A DNA stretch of 64,000 nt from Marinomonas sp. (GTDB taxonomy: Bacteria; Pseudomonadota; Alphaproteobacteria; Sphingomonadales; Sphingomonadaceae): contig JBDVRS010000006.1 of the NCBI GenBank assembly GCA_039967435.1, positions 507,882 to 571,881 of the forward strand. The letters run 5' to 3'. The stretch's first letter is position 1, and each line of letters starts with the position of its first letter. Both the position numbers and the translations under genes were made by a program. Positions 49,691 through 59,700 of the stretch are shown here, in pieces. The notes beneath the pieces are model-generated. The model was not told the origin of the DNA. It saw only the letters and a list, made by a program, of their open reading frames with translations, and did not search any database.

Positions 49691-51109
49691 TCAAAACGCG
49701 CGGTCATGCCGCAACACTTTGAACGTTCCCGCGATAATCCCAATATCGCGGCCAAGCGACCAATCCTTGATATATTCAAGGTCAGCCTGCAGCCGGTCGG
49801 TCAAATCTTGTTCCAATTCAGTGCTGCCTCGCAGCCCGCGCACTTGCGCTAGGCCAGTGAGACCCGGGCGCAATGAGTGCCGCCGCCAATAGCGATTGTC
49901 GACTTCCCAAAATAACTTCGCATCCTCTTCCACTCCGGCACGCGAACCCAAAGCATGCGGACGCGGGCCAACGATCGACATTTCGCCGAGCAGCACGTTC
50001 CACAATTGCGGCAATTCATCCATGCTGGTGGAACGGATAAAGCGGCCCACCCGCGTGATGCGCGCGTCACCGCGGCCCGTTGAAACTGTGCCCTGTGCAT
50101 CGCCCTTATCCGCCGACATGCTACGGAATTTGAGCATTGTGAAAAACCGGTTGCCGCGGCCCATTCGCTGCTGTTTGAACAGCACTGGTCCGCCATCGCC
50201 TAGCTTAATCGCGGCGGCGACCAACAGCAAAACAGGGCTCAACAGCAGCAGGCTCACGCTCGCCACAAACACATCAAACCCGCGCTTCGTGATCCGCGAA
50301 CGCAGACCCAATGGCCCGGTGGAGACCATCAGCGTGCTGGCATTTTGTGCGTCATATCGCTGCACACCGAGCGCACCGAGCTGATGCAATGGCTCGCTAA
50401 CAATCTCGCCGTTCACTCCCGCTGCTTTGAGCAAAAACGCCCAATCATCGCGGCGCTGTTTGGGGCAAGAGACAATGACCTTATCTTGGTTCTGCAATAT
50501 CAGACCCAGCCGGTTGAACATCATTGGATCATCGCGGTTGGGCACAAGCTGCGCTAGTCCCGCATCCAACACATTGGCCCCGGGTAAGGTGAATGCTGGG
50601 CCGCCATCATCGAGGATCAGTTCATTGCGGATTTTCCCATTCCAAAACCGCGCCACAAAGCGTGTAGTCATTGCCCTAGAAGCGATCAGCAAAGGCAATG
50701 AAAACCCAAGACCGAGCGTAAACACAACCCGGGAAAATTCCGCATTGGCTTTCAAATAAAACGCGATGAAATTCAGCAAGGCCGCTGCAATCAGTAGGGC
50801 CAATGCCAATTTCCGGGCAGCGAACCGCAGGTCCACGAGGCTTTTTGCAGAATAGGATTCATTGTAGAACGAAATGGTGAAAAACAGCGGGACAAGCAAT
50901 TCCGCGCCCAACATAGCGCGCGCCTGCCACCAGATGCCTTCATAAATCAGGCCGGCGACTGCAAAGGCCAGCAAAATCAAAGCGCCATCACCAATAATCA
51001 TTGCAGCGATAAGACGCAGCCGTCTGCGCTCAATCGATGTATCCAATTCAAGAGATACATGAATTGCGTCGAAATCTACGCCGTATTTATCACCGAATGG
51101 CTTATTCAT
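49691..51109 (-). CDS. Polyprenyl-phosphate glycosylphosphotransferase (priming sugar transferase, WcaJ/WbaP-like)
   Basis: N-terminal TMs; KRGFDV, KFRSM, DELPQLWNVL.GEMSIVGPRP, PGLTGLAQV and DLEYI. Confidence 0.9.
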   Translation of the reverse strand: MNKPFGDKYGVDFDAIHVSLELDTSIERRRLRLIAAMIIGDGALILLAFAVAGLIYEGIWWQARAMLGAELLVPLFFTISFYNESYSAKSLVDLRFAARKLALALLIAAALLNFIAFYLKANAEFSRVVFTLGLGFSLPLLIASRAMTTRFVARFWNGKIRNELILDDGGPAFTLPGANVLDAGLAQLVPNRDDPMMFNRLGLILQNQDKVIVSCPKQRRDDWAFLLKAAGVNGEIVSEPLHQLGALGVQRYDAQNASTLMVSTGPLGLRSRITKRGFDVFVASVSLLLLSPVLLLVAAAIKLGDGGPVLFKQQRMGRGNRFFTMLKFRSMSADKGDAQGTVSTGRGDARITRVGRFIRSTSMDELPQLWNVLLGEMSIVGPRPHALGSRAGVEEDAKLFWEVDNRYWRRHSLRPGLTGLAQVRGLRGSTELEQDLTDRLQADLEYIKDWSLGRDIGIIAGTFKVLRHDRAF

Positions 51110-51196
51110 TACGAACCTTCATCAAGTGAACACTACAAATGAATGCAGCTTATGCAATTCGTACGGCATTAAATTTACGCAACTTTTATCGCTCGA

Positions 51197-52234
51197 TTAC
51201 CGCGAAGCAAAACGCGTAATAGCGACTAGTTCCTGCGATAAGAGAGTTTCGGCCATCTGGCTATTGCTCAGCAAGGATTGATGCGCTGAAATGAGCCGTG
51301 CATTCAGCCGGTCGAGTTTTTGCGGGCTCCAACGCGCCAATTGGTTTCGGATTTCGCGCTCTTCCCGGAAGAAAATGCCAAGCATCGCCTTTTCGCCCTT
51401 GCTGAGCCGATCGACATCGCCGCCTGGCCCAACATGCGCTCTGATCCGTGTCAGCTGCGAAGCGCGCCGCTCTACCGCTAGCAATAAGCCAACAGGGTTC
51501 ATCGAATGCTCGCGCATCCGCCGCAATTCGCCATCAATTTTGCTGGTCTCGCCCGCAAGCACAACATGAACCAGAGGGCGAAAACCATCCTCTTCTGTTG
51601 CCGCCCCAATCGCGTCCAAATCCTCTGCCGAGACAGCCTGCGGAGATTGTGGCGAGGCATCGCAATAAATCGCGAGCTTAGAAACTTCCGACTGCGCCAA
51701 ACGCACATCAAGCCCCGCCCCGCGCGCAATGCGTTCTGCCAAATCACCGCCCAGCCTTAATCCTGCCGCATCCGCCATTTCGCGCACAGACGCCGTCACT
51801 GTGCCAAGGTCTGGCGGCCAGAACATCGCAACCAGTCCGTCTTTGCGCTTTTCCAGTAGCTTGGCTGTGCGTGCTTTGTCGGTGGCAGATGTCGCGATGA
51901 TAAACACCGGCGCTGCATCGCCTGCGCCTGCTTCTGCCGTTTCGATCAAAGCCTTCACCGCATCATGCGCTTCATCGCCATTTGCGCGCACGAGGATATG
52001 GCGTTTATCGCCGAAAAGAGAGGATGATCTCGCTTCATCTCCCAATAGAACGGGATCATTTCGCAATTGGCCTCCGGATATTTCTATCCGTTCACCGGGA
52101 TCGTCAAGCTGACCGATGAGGGCTGTAGCCGCCGCGCTCGCGCCCGCTTCATCTGGTCCGCAGAAGAAAAACATGGAACATTGCGATGCCGCCCGCGCAG
52201 CGACACCACGAAAGTCGCGCTGGGTCGCCTTCAC
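51197..52234 (-). CDS. holA: DNA polymerase III delta subunit
   Basis: FFCGPDE, EARSSSLFGDKR, EVSKLAIY, and leuS-lptE-holA synteny. Confidence 0.87.
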   Translation of the reverse strand: MKATQRDFRGVAARAASQCSMFFFCGPDEAGASAAATALIGQLDDPGERIEISGGQLRNDPVLLGDEARSSSLFGDKRHILVRANGDEAHDAVKALIETAEAGAGDAAPVFIIATSATDKARTAKLLEKRKDGLVAMFWPPDLGTVTASVREMADAAGLRLGGDLAERIARGAGLDVRLAQSEVSKLAIYCDASPQSPQAVSAEDLDAIGAATEEDGFRPLVHVVLAGETSKIDGELRRMREHSMNPVGLLLAVERRASQLTRIRAHVGPGGDVDRLSKGEKAMLGIFFREEREIRNQLARWSPQKLDRLNARLISAHQSLLSNSQMAETLLSQELVAITRFASR

Positions 52235-52764
52235 GGCTGAACCGGAGCTGCTGATCCATCCGTTTCGCGGGACCGCAAAGTCAGCGCAACCCGCGTCACA
52301 ATCCGGTCTGCAATCTCTGTGCTGAGATTTTCCAGCGCGCGCTGCTCTGCGGCAATCGTCGCATATTCAGACGACACGACATCAATGCCCGCATCCGCGC
52401 CAGCGGTCGCATCCAGCAGGATCGCATCGCTGGCAATATCCACCAGCTGATAGCGCGCGCGCAAAGTCCGGCGTTCGCGGCCAATCGTATCATCGCCCAA
52501 AATGCCGAGGCCCTGCAGCGTATCATCCAAGCGAATGTCTAGGCGGTAGCGCGGGTTTTGTGAGCCTGCCGCTGACAATTTTTCATTGATTGCATTGCGC
52601 ACCAACCAACCGGCACGCCCTTCAATCGCGGGTACATCAACCGCAGCCAAGCCTTGCGTCACAGCAGGTGATCCAGCGCCTGCGTAAAGCGGCTTTAGTC
52701 CGCAAGCCGAAAGCGCCGGAACCATTGCCGCAAGGACGATCAAGGCGAGGCCTTTGCGCATCAT
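52231..52764 (-). CDS. lptE: LPS assembly lipoprotein LptE
   Basis: Lipobox LSACGLKPLYA; lies between leuS and holA. Confidence 0.87.
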   Translation of the reverse strand: MMRKGLALIVLAAMVPALSACGLKPLYAGAGSPAVTQGLAAVDVPAIEGRAGWLVRNAINEKLSAAGSQNPRYRLDIRLDDTLQGLGILGDDTIGRERRTLRARYQLVDIASDAILLDATAGADAGIDVVSSEYATIAAEQRALENLSTEIADRIVTRVALTLRSRETDGSAAPVQP

Positions 52765-55322
52765 GCTACAATATTCACCAAACGGTCGGGCACCACGATC
52801 ACCTTGCGAATTTCTTTGCCATCAATGGAACGCTGGACCTTCTCGCTGCTGAGCGCAAGTGCCTCAAGCGTATCCTTATCCGCACCCTTAGGCGCAGTAA
52901 TTGTATCGCGCAGCTTGCCCATATGCTGGACCGCGATGGTCACTTCATCTTCAACTAGCAGCTCCTCATCGACCTTAGGCCAAGGCGCATCAGCGATCAG
53001 GCCGGAATGGCCTAAGGCAGGCGCGAGCACATCCCATGCCTCCTCTGCCAAATGCGGGATCATCGGCGAAACCAGCTGGAGCAGCGTGACAATCGCATGA
53101 TTGCGCGAGGCGGAAGGAGCCGCTTTTTCTGCCGCCGCCGTCAATTCATACAGGCGCGCAACCGCCTTGTTGAAGGACAATGCTTCGATATCTTCGGCAA
53201 CCGCTGCAATGGTTTGATGGGTTTTGCGGGCAAGATCTTTGTTCTCGCCATCGGCTGATACATCGACATTACCGCATAGCCGCCAGACGCGCTGAACAAA
53301 GCGGTGACACCCTTCGATACCAGCAACAGACCACGGCAAATCGCGCTCTGGCGGACTATCGGATAGCATGAACCAGCGCGCGCTATCTGCACCAAAATCT
53401 TCCAGAATGGCATCGGGATCGACGACATTTTTCTTCGATTTCGACATTTTGACAACGCGGCCAATATCAACCGGCTCGCCATCTGATATCAGCGTCGCAG
53501 CCTCGCCAGTGCGGTTCACTTCAGCAGGGCTGAAATAGGTTTCACGGCCATCATCACCTGCGCGGCGCGAATAGAGTTCATGCGTCACCATGCCTTGCGT
53601 AAACAGCGAGGCAAACGGTTCAGCAAAATCAATCTGGCCGATATGCTTCAAGGCCCGCGTCCAGAAGCGCGCATAGAGCAAATGCAAAATCGCATGCTCA
53701 ATCCCGCCAATATATTGCTCCACCGGAAGCCATTTGGCGACTTCTTCTGGGTCAAATGGGCGGTCATCGGGCTGGCTAGCAAAGCGCAGGAAATACCAAG
53801 AGCTGTCCACAAATGTGTCGAGCGTATCGGTTTCGCGCTGAGCATCTGCGCCGCATTTGGGGCAGCTGGTGTGCTTCCATGTTGGATGGCGCAGCAAAGG
53901 ATTGCCCGGCTGTTTGAAATCCACATCCTCTGGCAACACGACCGGCAATTGATCTTTGGGAACAGGAACCACGCCGCATGCATCGCAGTGGATGAAGGGG
54001 ATCGGCGTGCCCCAATAACGTTGGCGCGAAACGCCCCAATCGCGCAGCCGCCAGACGGTAGTGCCATTGCCCCAACCATCGGCCTCTGCATGGCCAATGA
54101 CCTTAGCCTTGGCATCCTCAACGCTCATCCCATTGAGCATGTCGGAATTTACGATAACGCCGTCACCAGCTTCTGCCTCATTGCCAAACGGCTTATCCGC
54201 ATCGGCTGGATCGCTGGCGACAACGCGCAGGATTGGCAGCTCATATTTGGTCGCAAATTCAAAGTCGCGCTGATCATGGCCCGGCACGCCCATCACTGCG
54301 CCAGTGCCGTAATCCATCAACACAAAGTTTGCGATGAAGACCGGCAAAGCTTCGCCAGTGAAAGGATGGCGCGCGGTCAGATCGGTTTTGAAACCCTTCT
54401 TCTCGCCCGCTTCGATTTCAGCAGCAGTTGTGCCGCCGCGCTTGCATTCCTCGCAAAATGCTTTGGCCGCAGCGTCATTTGCCGCCTGCTCCTGCGCAAT
54501 CGGATGATCGGCAGCCACAGCGACAAAGCTTGCGCCATAAATCGTGTCAGGACGCGTGGAATAGACTGGCAGTTTTTCGCCATTGGATATTTCGAAAGAA
54601 AATTCGAGACCGGTGGATTTGCCGATCCAGTTTTCCTGCATCAAGCGCACCTTATCGGGCCAACCATCAAGCGGGCCAAGCCCGTCGAGCAAATCATCGG
54701 CAAAGTCGGTGATTTTCAGGAACCATTGGTCCAACTTGCGCTTTTCGACCTCGGCGCCGCTGCGCCAGCCCTTGCCATCAATAACCTGCTCATTGGCGAG
54801 CACAGTCATATCCACCGGATCCCAATTCACCGTCGCTTGACGGCGATAGACGAGGCCCGCTTCGTACAAATCGATGAAAAGCGATTGTTCGTGGCCGTAA
54901 TATTCTGGCTCGCATGTCGCCAGCTCGCGGCTCCAATCGAGCGCAAAGCCAATGCGCTTCAATTGCGCCTTCATCGCTTCAATGTTTTGCCGGGTCCATC
55001 CGCCGGGATGCACACCTTTTTCCATCGCGGCATTTTCTGCCGGCATGCCAAACGCATCCCAGCCCATCGGATGCAGCACTTCAAAGCCGCGCATTTTCTT
55101 ATAACGCGCTAGAACATCGCCCATGGTGTAATTGCGCACATGGCCCATGTGAACGCGGCCACTGGGATATGGGAACATCTCCAAAACAAAGCTCTTCGGC
55201 TTGTCGGAATTGCTATCCGCTTCGAATGTTTGCGCCTTTTCCCATGCGCTTTGCCAGCGCGGGTCGGCCTTGCCCGGTTCAAACTTCTCGCTGAACCGTG
55301 CTTTGGAAACTGAATCTGTCAT
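52761..55322 (-). CDS. leuS: Leucine--tRNA ligase
   Basis: MFPYPSGRVHMGH, DWGVSRQRYWG, GGIEHAILH and KMSKS. Confidence 0.98.
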   Translation of the reverse strand: MTDSVSKARFSEKFEPGKADPRWQSAWEKAQTFEADSNSDKPKSFVLEMFPYPSGRVHMGHVRNYTMGDVLARYKKMRGFEVLHPMGWDAFGMPAENAAMEKGVHPGGWTRQNIEAMKAQLKRIGFALDWSRELATCEPEYYGHEQSLFIDLYEAGLVYRRQATVNWDPVDMTVLANEQVIDGKGWRSGAEVEKRKLDQWFLKITDFADDLLDGLGPLDGWPDKVRLMQENWIGKSTGLEFSFEISNGEKLPVYSTRPDTIYGASFVAVAADHPIAQEQAANDAAAKAFCEECKRGGTTAAEIEAGEKKGFKTDLTARHPFTGEALPVFIANFVLMDYGTGAVMGVPGHDQRDFEFATKYELPILRVVASDPADADKPFGNEAEAGDGVIVNSDMLNGMSVEDAKAKVIGHAEADGWGNGTTVWRLRDWGVSRQRYWGTPIPFIHCDACGVVPVPKDQLPVVLPEDVDFKQPGNPLLRHPTWKHTSCPKCGADAQRETDTLDTFVDSSWYFLRFASQPDDRPFDPEEVAKWLPVEQYIGGIEHAILHLLYARFWTRALKHIGQIDFAEPFASLFTQGMVTHELYSRRAGDDGRETYFSPAEVNRTGEAATLISDGEPVDIGRVVKMSKSKKNVVDPDAILEDFGADSARWFMLSDSPPERDLPWSVAGIEGCHRFVQRVWRLCGNVDVSADGENKDLARKTHQTIAAVAEDIEALSFNKAVARLYELTAAAEKAAPSASRNHAIVTLLQLVSPMIPHLAEEAWDVLAPALGHSGLIADAPWPKVDEELLVEDEVTIAVQHMGKLRDTITAPKGADKDTLEALALSSEKVQRSIDGKEIRKVIVVPDRLVNIVA

Positions 55323-55347
55323 GCCAGTGATGTTAGGCGAGTTTCGC

Positions 55348-55812
55348 TCAGGAAGCGACAGTGGAACGGCGCAAATCGCGCGCTTTGGTGAGGATAATAT
55401 CCTCTAGCTTTTGCACGGTCGCCGCTTGAACGGGGGCATTCACCCATGCTCCGCCTTGTGCAACTTGGCGGCTGGCCGCGACACGGATGGCATCAGCGCG
55501 CAAATCTTGGTCGAGGATCGTGACGGTAACCTTCACGCGCTCGCCCTGATTGCCCGGGTTCGTGTACCAATCGGTCACAATCACGCCGCCCGCACTATCG
55601 GCCTGAAGCAGCGGCGCGAAGCTGACCGTTTCCAGCGATGCACGCCACAAATAGGAATTCACGCCAATCGTATTGACCTGCGATGCAGCAACATCGGCTT
55701 GCGGGCGATTGCCGCCGCCGCATGCCGCAAGCGCGCCCATGCCTGCGACCAGCGCAAGAGTGCGTCCGCAATTACGGGCCGAGATGCGAAAGGCTGAAAG
55801 TGGAGCGCTCAT
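55348..55812 (-). CDS. DUF3576-like lipoprotein
   Basis: Lipobox LAAC; GVNSYLWRASLET and GGVIVTDWY. Start moved to ATG 55812. Confidence 0.8.
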   Translation of the reverse strand: MSAPLSAFRISARNCGRTLALVAGMGALAACGGGNRPQADVAASQVNTIGVNSYLWRASLETVSFAPLLQADSAGGVIVTDWYTNPGNQGERVKVTVTILDQDLRADAIRVAASRQVAQGGAWVNAPVQAATVQKLEDIILTKARDLRRSTVAS

Positions 55813-56201
55813 TGAATAATGTCCTGCGAGATTGACTGTATTATCTGTTCTATAGCCGCCACGTGGCACCGAGCAAGAGCCATGGGCGCTTATTCATGCG
55901 CTCTGGCCCCAGCTTTTGCACCGCCAAGCGGGCTAAGCAGGCGCCTTTTGCGCGCTTCGGCGCTTTACCCAAGCTGAATAGGTGCCGGATCGCGGCAAAG
56001 CCTGTGGGTGCTTTGCAACAGGTTCGCGGCAGAAATGAGAATTTTCGAAAATTCCTTAGGTTTGCAGCGCCATGTGCAGTAAACAAAGGATATCGAGTCC
56101 TTTTGCGCAATATATGTTTGCAATATTGAGGGTGGCGGTCAGGGGGCGTTAAGCCCCAGAACAATATCACAAGGCTGATTTTCAAATGATCAGCGAATCG
56201 G

Positions 56202-57050
56202 ATGGGGCATTTAATGGCTAACGGTCAAACAGCGAAAGTGGCGGGCAAATTGCCCTTGCTGCTGGGCGCTGCTGGCCTGGCCTTTGGCATTCCATCTGCT
56301 GGATTAGCCGTTGTTGGTTTTACCGGCCAAGATGCGACTATCTCCGAAAATGTCCGCTCGGTTTTCACGCCTGCATCTGTCGATCCGCAGCTTGCTCGCC
56401 GTGTGGCTGAGCAAATGCGGGCACGCGGCTACCGCTTCACACCGACCAATTCGGTTGGCACGGGTGACCGAACAGTAACCGTTGCCGTTCGGGTAGACAG
56501 CGACACAGCCCAAGCAATTTCAGTGCGTTCCGCAGTGGACGCAGCCAAAGCAAACGCAGGCACGCGCACAGCGATCACCGCGATTGAGCCAACACGCTAC
56601 AATCTGGGTATTGCGCGCGGCTATAAGAGCTTTGCACGCCCAATTTCTGCGACGCAGAATCGCGACGCAACCGGAGCAGCTATGCGCCCGGGTACACGTT
56701 CAATCAGCCGTTCGGTTAGCCGCGCGATCACTTTGCCGGACAATGTTCGCAAGCTGGATATGCCTGATCTCGCCAGTTTTGAGCCGGGCCAAGGCAGCGC
56801 TCCTGACAAGCCAAGCCGGTTCAAGCCGCGCCTAGAGCTTGAGGACAATGGCAAAGCCGGACGCGCACAAGGCACTTTGCAAGGCCAAGGCTCGCAAAGC
56901 GTTGATGTTGGCGGCTCTTACCGTGTTGCCAAAAACTTGGATGTGACCGCCGGTGTACGGATCACACAAGAGAACGACCGCCTCGCGCCTATCACTGATT
57001 CGGTGAAGGACAATCAGGCCGTTTATGTTGGAACACAGTTCAAGTTCTAA
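56202..57050 (+). CDS. Hypothetical exported protein with an outer-membrane beta-signal-like C terminus
   Basis: Signal-like N terminus; ends QAVYVGTQFKF. Start is 56202 or 56214. Confidence 0.72.
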   Translation: MGHLMANGQTAKVAGKLPLLLGAAGLAFGIPSAGLAVVGFTGQDATISENVRSVFTPASVDPQLARRVAEQMRARGYRFTPTNSVGTGDRTVTVAVRVDSDTAQAISVRSAVDAAKANAGTRTAITAIEPTRYNLGIARGYKSFARPISATQNRDATGAAMRPGTRSISRSVSRAITLPDNVRKLDMPDLASFEPGQGSAPDKPSRFKPRLELEDNGKAGRAQGTLQGQGSQSVDVGGSYRVAKNLDVTAGVRITQENDRLAPITDSVKDNQAVYVGTQFKF

Positions 57051-57203
57051 CGACCAGACCGCGCGGTGTTCGGCAGGAACGAGACCGCGCCTCAAACAAC
57101 AAATTGAATTCGTATGCGATGGGCCGCTTGCCAGCTTTACTCTTGCGCGCCGCTTTCATCCGCGTAACTTACCATCCATCGTAACAGCAAAAGGATGGTG
57201 GAT

Positions 57204-57926
57204 ATGACGCGTGTAGCAGTGGTGACCGGCGGAACCCGCGGTATTGGCAGAGCGATTTGCGAACAATTGCAGAGCGAAGGCTACACTGTCCTTGCCAATT
57301 ACGCGGGCAATGATTCAGCCGCGCAGCAGCTGAAAGCAGAAACCGGCATTGAGAGCTATAAGTTCGACGTTGGCGATCATGCCGCCTGCCAAGACGCCTG
57401 CGCCCAAATTGCTGCCGACATCGCGCCGGTAGATGTGGTGGTCAACAATGCCGGCATCACCCGCGATGGCACTCTGCATAAGATGAGCTTCGATGATTGG
57501 AACGAAGTGATGCGCATCAATCTTGGTGGATGCTTCAATATGGCGAAAGCCTGCTTCCCAGGAATGCGCGAGCGCGGCTGGGGCCGGATCGTCAATATTG
57601 GCTCAATCAACGGTCAGGCGGGCCAATATGGTCAGGTCAATTACGCCGCTGCCAAATCCGGTATTCACGGCTTCACCAAGGCCTTGGCGCAGGAAGGCGC
57701 GAAATCTGGCGTCACCGTCAATGCCATTGCGCCGGGTTATATCGACACCGATATGGTCGCCGCTGTGCCAGAACCAGTGCTGGAGAAAATTGTCGCCAAA
57801 ATCCCTGTGGGCCGCCTTGGTCAAGCAGGCGAAATTGCGCGCGGCGTTAGCTTCCTATGTTCCGATCAGGCCGGTTTTGTCACCGGCTCCACTATGAGCA
57901 TCAATGGCGGCCAACACATGTATTGA
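57204..57926 (+). CDS. phbB: Acetoacetyl-CoA reductase
   Basis: TGGTRGIG, NNAGITRD, NGQAGQYGQVNYAAAKSG, KIPVGRLG and NGGQHMY. Confidence 0.95.
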   Translation: MTRVAVVTGGTRGIGRAICEQLQSEGYTVLANYAGNDSAAQQLKAETGIESYKFDVGDHAACQDACAQIAADIAPVDVVVNNAGITRDGTLHKMSFDDWNEVMRINLGGCFNMAKACFPGMRERGWGRIVNIGSINGQAGQYGQVNYAAAKSGIHGFTKALAQEGAKSGVTVNAIAPGYIDTDMVAAVPEPVLEKIVAKIPVGRLGQAGEIARGVSFLCSDQAGFVTGSTMSINGGQHMY

Positions 57927-57984
57927 TGCATGGTCAGATGGGGGAGTGCTTGCGCAAAATATATGGCTCCCCATCTTTAGTGTC

Positions 57985-58197
57985 ATGGCAAAAGCAATCC
58001 TCAACGCAGCAGAGATCAGCGCGATCATCGAGATGGCGCTGTCGGATCATACCAGCTTTGCTCAGATTGAACGCGAATATGGCCTGTCGGATGCCGAGTT
58101 GAAAACCCTGATGCGCAGCAATCTAAAACCCTCCAGTTACCGCACATAGCGTAAACGTGTGCGCGCATTTGGCGACCGGCGCGAGCATTATAAATAG
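57985..58197 (+). pseudogene. TIGR03643/DUF2805-like small protein interrupted by an in-frame TAG at 58147-58149
   Basis: Reads IIEMALSDHTSFAQIEREYGLS...LMRSNLKPSSYRT*RKRVRAFG...; the recalled family motif is KPSS[FY]RxWRKRV. Confidence 0.7.
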
Positions 58198-58263
58198 TGG
58201 GCATGGCCACGCGCCGCGCCCACAGTGTTCCTTCAAACACTGGTTTTAAGGGCATGATGCGCA

Positions 58264-59049
58264 ATGGGTATTCTCGACAATTTCAAGCTTGATGGCGAAG
58301 TCGCCGTGGTCACTGGCGCTGGCAAAGGGATCGGCCGCGCGATTGCGATCGCATTGGCTGAGGCTGGCGCAGATGTAGCGATTGCCTCGCGCACTCAAGC
58401 AGATTTGGACGCAGTTGCCGCTGAAATTGAGGCGCTGGGACGGCGCGCCTTGCCGCTAGCGACCGATGCGACCGATATGGCCGCGCTGCAAAACCTTGCT
58501 GATCAAACCGTGGCAAAGATGGGCAAGCTTTCGATCTGGATCAATAATGCAGGCGGAATTCCTGATGGCTCCCCGCGCTATCTCACGCGCACATCGGAGG
58601 AACAATTTGCCGCACAAATCGACCTCAATTTGAAAGCAGTTTGGATGGGCGCAACCATTGCGGCCAAGGCGATGAGCGAGACCGGCAATGATGGGCACGG
58701 CTCAATAATCAACATATCTTCGCGCTCTGCATTCGGCCCGCAGGTGAAGAACGGGCCTTACGGCGCATCCAAAGCAGCGGTGAACAGCTTGACCAGCACT
58801 ATGTCTGTGGAGCTTGCGCCCAAAATTCGCGTCAATGCCGTCGCACCCGGCCCAGTGCCGACAGAGAATTTCAACGATTGCATGGGTACGGAAACCGATG
58901 AGCAGCGCAAAAAACTGCTCGATATGATCGGTATCCCCTTGCAGCGTTACGGCACGCCGGAGGATATTGCCGCGGCGGTGGTCTATATGGCCTCGCCCGC
59001 ATCCAGCTGGGTCTCGGGGCAATGCCTTTATGTGACCGGCGGGCGGTAG
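58264..59049 (+). CDS. Short-chain dehydrogenase/reductase (7-alpha-HSDH/glucose dehydrogenase-like)
   Basis: TGAGKGIG, NNAG, YGASK and RVNAVAPG. Confidence 0.9.
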   Translation: MGILDNFKLDGEVAVVTGAGKGIGRAIAIALAEAGADVAIASRTQADLDAVAAEIEALGRRALPLATDATDMAALQNLADQTVAKMGKLSIWINNAGGIPDGSPRYLTRTSEEQFAAQIDLNLKAVWMGATIAAKAMSETGNDGHGSIINISSRSAFGPQVKNGPYGASKAAVNSLTSTMSVELAPKIRVNAVAPGPVPTENFNDCMGTETDEQRKKLLDMIGIPLQRYGTPEDIAAAVVYMASPASSWVSGQCLYVTGGR

Positions 59050-59094
59050 ACAGGTTTGCAACTGCGGTGGTCTTGGCGCTATTCACCTTAGCGC

Positions 59095-59325
59095 ATGACG
59101 ACGCCCTATCATCCTCCGGTTAAACGCTCGGTACAAATCGCCGGTCACAAAACCAGCATCTCTCTCGAGCCCGTGTTTTGGGATTTGCTGCGCGATGCAG
59201 CGGAAGCAGACGGCGTGCCGATCAATGCCTTGGTCGCGCAGATTGATGGTGAGCGAATCAAAGCAGACACACCGCCCGGCCTCGCCAGCGCCATCAGGGT
59301 TTGGTTGGTGGCTCGGGAGGATTGA
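59095..59325 (+). CDS. Ribbon-helix-helix domain protein
   Basis: KRSVQIAGHKTSISLEPVFW and LASAIRVW. Confidence 0.87.
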   Translation: MTTPYHPPVKRSVQIAGHKTSISLEPVFWDLLRDAAEADGVPINALVAQIDGERIKADTPPGLASAIRVWLVARED

Positions 59326-59353
59326 CCACTCCCGCCCCGCAATATCATAGGCC

Positions 59354-59388
59354 TTGACTAATAACTCTACATATGTAGATTAAATGCC
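59354..59388 (+). promoter_or_regulatory. Sigma70-type promoter with an overlapping 14-bp palindromic operator; leaderless padR start
   Basis: TTGACT (59354)-N16-TAGATT (59376), then 7 nt, then ATG 59389. TCTACATATGTAGA perfect palindrome at 59366-59379. Confidence 0.65.
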
Positions 59389-59700
59389 ATGCCAAGACTA
59401 CCGCACACTTCCAATCAAGCCGCAAAAGTGTTCATCACTTTGTTGGAGCAACCCGAACAATGGTGGCATGGCTACGGTCTAATGCAGGCCACTCAGCTAA
59501 AATCGGGGTCACTTTATCCCTTGCTAATTCGATTGTCTGATGAAGGATTGCTCGATAGCCGCTGGGAAACTGACGCTGATAGTGGCCGTCCTCGGCGCGA
59601 ATATCAGCTTACTTTAGAAGGGCGCATACTTGCAGCAGAACGAGTTGCACGTTTTCAAGCAAGGCAAGCCAAACACAGCAACAGTGCCGCTACCGCATGA
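59389..59700 (+). CDS. PadR family transcriptional regulator
   Basis: HGYGLMQ...SGSLYPLLIRL..EGLL..RWE...RPRREYQLT.EG. Confidence 0.9.
   Translation: MPRLPHTSNQAAKVFITLLEQPEQWWHGYGLMQATQLKSGSLYPLLIRLSDEGLLDSRWETDADSGRPRREYQLTLEGRILAAERVARFQARQAKHSNSAATA

Noticed and set aside
53580-55112. 510-aa ORF on the + strand
   Set aside because: Antisense shadow of leuS with no recognisable motifs; expected from the codon bias of a high-GC gene. The same applies to 14634-15893, 17398-18045, 35185-36009 and the many ORFs opposite gltB.
58264-59049. SDR as evidence for steroid catabolism
   Set aside because: Generic classical-SDR motifs cannot establish the substrate, and there is no steroid gene context around it.
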